Shown piece by piece: positions 61,611 to 64,000 of a stretch of DNA of 64,000 nucleotides. The stretch covers positions 54,188,001 to 54,252,000 of the forward strand of contig CM059437.1 of assembly GCA_030390025.1 (NCBI GenBank), in the 5' to 3' direction. The translations under genes and the position numbers were made by a program. The stretch's first letter is position 1, and the number at the start of each line of letters is the position of its first letter. The DNA comes from Squalus acanthias (Eukaryota). Below the pieces are notes generated by a model, which worked only from the letters and a program-made list of their open reading frames with translations, was not told the DNA's origin and searched no databases.

Positions 61611-64000
61611 TTGCACGTAGCATTCGTAACAAAATAGACGAGTTAATGGCACAAATAACTACATATGGGTATGATCTTGTGGCCATTACAGAAACATGGC
61701 TGCAGGGTGACAATGCCTGGGAATTAAACATACCAGGTTATTTAACGATCAGGAAGGACAGGCAGGAAGGAAGGTGAGGTGGGGTGGCTATGTTAATAAA
61801 GGAAGGAATCACAATAATACAGAGAAATTATATTGGGTCAAAAGATCAGGATAATGAAACAGTTTGGGTGGAGATAAGGAATAATAAGGGGGAAAAAACA
61901 CTAGTGGGCGTAGTCTATAGGCCTCCGAACAGTTGCAACTCTGTTGGACGGAATATCAATCAGGAAATAGTTGAGGCTTGTAATAAGGGAACATCTATAA
62001 TTATGGGGATTTTAACTATCATATTAATTGGACAAATCAAATTGGGCAAGGCTGCCTTGAGGATGAGTTCATTGAGTGTATTAGGCATGGGTTTCCTTGA
62101 GCAGTATGTAACTGAACCGACCAGGGGCAAGCAACCTTAGATCTGGTCCTGTGTAATGAGACAGGATTAATTAAAAATGTCCCAGTAAAGGATCCCCTTG
62201 GAATGAGTGACCAAAACATGGTTGAATTCCATATTCAATTAGAGGGTGAGAAGGTTGGATCTCAAACAAGCGTGCTAAGCTTGAATAAAGGAGACTATGA
62301 AGGTATGCGAGCGGAATTGAGTAGCGTGGATTGGGAAAATAGATTAAAGGGTAAGACGATACATGATCAGTGTTGTACATTTAAGGAGTTATTGTACAAC
62401 TTCTTAAAAAAATATATTTCACTGAGAAGAAAAGGGTGTAAAAGAAAAGACAGTCATCCGTGGCTAAGTAAAGAAATTAAGGATAGTATTCGACTAAAAA
62501 CAAGGGCTTATAAGGTAGCCATATCTAGTGGGAGGATAGAGGATTGGTGTAGGCTTCGCAAAATCCCCCAGAAAATCGAACAGTGCCCTAAAGGGAGCGA
62601 TTTTTGGACCTTTCATACAAACTTGGGATAATGGGACCTAAGTGAAGTGATTTGATGTAAAACCCTCAGTCTCGGACATTTTAAAGATCAGGGAAGAAAA
62701 AACCTGAGGAAAATGACTTTTGAATCTTACTGTTGGGAAAGACACCTTTCACAGACACAAGACAGGCTGCAGAGGGGCGTGGACAGGCAGTGGACAGCTT
62801 CGGGTATTGGGGCCCAATCAAGCTGTCTGGGAATTGTTTACACTGCAATCCTACCAAGGTGGAAGAGACAAACCCAAAGCCTCTCACACACATCGAAATA
62901 TCCAAGACCCCCTTTTGAAATTCCCAGACCCAAACAGGATACCAGAAGCCTGACATCAATAAAACATTTAGTACTTCATCAAAAGCCAATCAACCAGGTA
63001 GCCACAGGACAGATTTAAAAGCCCGCCAAAAGCCCTTGGACAATAGGGTTGAGATTTGGCGCGTAGATAAGGCTGTGTTTAAATCGGAAAACGATCAAGA
63101 CATGTTTAACACTGAGCTAAAGCCATCGGAACTGGCAAGCCCACCAAAACTAGACAATGGACTAAGCAAGGCTCATTTGCAACCTAAAGGAAACGTTTTA
63201 GTAAGAGGTTTTTGGGCGCGAAAAAAAAGACAGTATAATTGAAAGCCTGTCCCAAAACTTCTTTCTCTTTTTTGGACTCGCTGACTACGCTGACACAGCT
63301 CTCTCCCTGCTCCAGCAAAAACCACTACAAGCCACGAGGAGGAAGGCCAGCAAACAGACCAGCACACAAGAAGAAACCAGAGCGACTGCCTCAGTGACCA
63401 TCGGACACCCCGCAGCAACAAGGGCCTTACAAAATCTTTTAAACAAAAGACTCTAAAATCCTGCCAAGGATTCGTTGGTGAGCATTATCCCTGATCGCCT
63501 GAAACCAAAAACCTAGCTAGATAGTGGGATCTTTGGGAGGGATATGGTTTTTGGTTTGGTATATTGTCTTTCTCCCTTGCCTGTACCGTGTGCTCCCCAA
63601 TCTGTGTTTAAGTGTTAAGTGTGTTTTAAGTTTGTTACATTTTACTTTTAATAAAGTAAAAATTCTTTCATGAGAACCTGTTGTCTGCTGCATTTTTTGT
63701 TCACAACCCCTAAATAAGTCCAAAGTCTAGGAACCAGAGGGGTGTGGGAGCGATTCGAAACACTCACTGAGTCAGAAAGTGTAGGCTGACCCCATTACCA
63801 CCCGCTACATTGGGAAAACTTTAAAAGACTGCAAAAAATAACAAAAAGATTGATTAAGAAAGGGAAGATAGATTATGAAAGTAAATTAGCAAAAAATATA
63901 AAAACAGATAGTAAGAGTTTTTATAGTTATATAAAAAGAAAAAGGGTGGCTAAAGTAAATGTTGGTCCCTTAGAGGATGAGACCGGGAAATTAATGGTGG
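61610..64000 (+). mobile_element. CR1 ORF2 5' portion (endonuclease), interrupted by a solo LTR and running off the window
   Basis: ARSIRNK, VAITETWL, GVVYRPPN and SDQN motifs; CR1 sequence resumes at 63810. Confidence 0.9.
62548..63809 (+). mobile_element. Solo LTR (1262 bp)
   Basis: TGTAG...CTACA termini; 4-bp target duplication TTGG (62544-62547 and 63810-63813); internal AATAAA near 63650; no coding motifs. Confidence 0.8.

Noticed and set aside
1-64000. CRISPR arrays, rRNA genes or prokaryotic operons
   Set aside because: No regularly spaced repeat-spacer array or rRNA-like sequence was seen. The window is intron-containing vertebrate DNA, and most short ORFs are antisense or alternate frames of LINEs.

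Overview
Vertebrate genomic DNA, almost certainly from a cartilaginous fish (shark-type). It holds a tandem array of immunoglobulin light-chain clusters on the minus strand, each with the layout leader, germline-joined VJ, intron, C (lambda-like / 'type II' class). Three paralogous units are visible in three states. Unit 3 (50883-54721) is an intact gene with promoter octamers and a polyA signal. Unit 2 (30883-34695) is a pseudogene with an open VJ exon but lesions in the start codon, both octamers, the C exon (frameshift plus stop) and the polyA signal. Unit 1 (797-1119) is an orphan C exon whose VJ, leader and promoter were removed by a complex deletion. The spacers are packed with nested transposons: many CR1 LINEs (one with an uninterrupted 884-aa ORF), a second LINE family with a tRNA-like 5' head, an L2, a Penelope-like element carrying a minimal hammerhead ribozyme, nested PIF/Harbinger elements, a hairpin-rich MITE, a Deu-type SINE and a solo LTR. 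I see no clearly new gene system. The most interesting signals are the differing fossil V-J junctions and CDR2-focused germline divergence, an inverted CR1/promoter-flank chimera, and candidate insulator and enhancer motifs that are intact at the functional cluster and damaged at the dead one. Exon coordinates were derived by hand from splice sites; repeat boundaries are approximate and family names come from motif recognition, not database searches.
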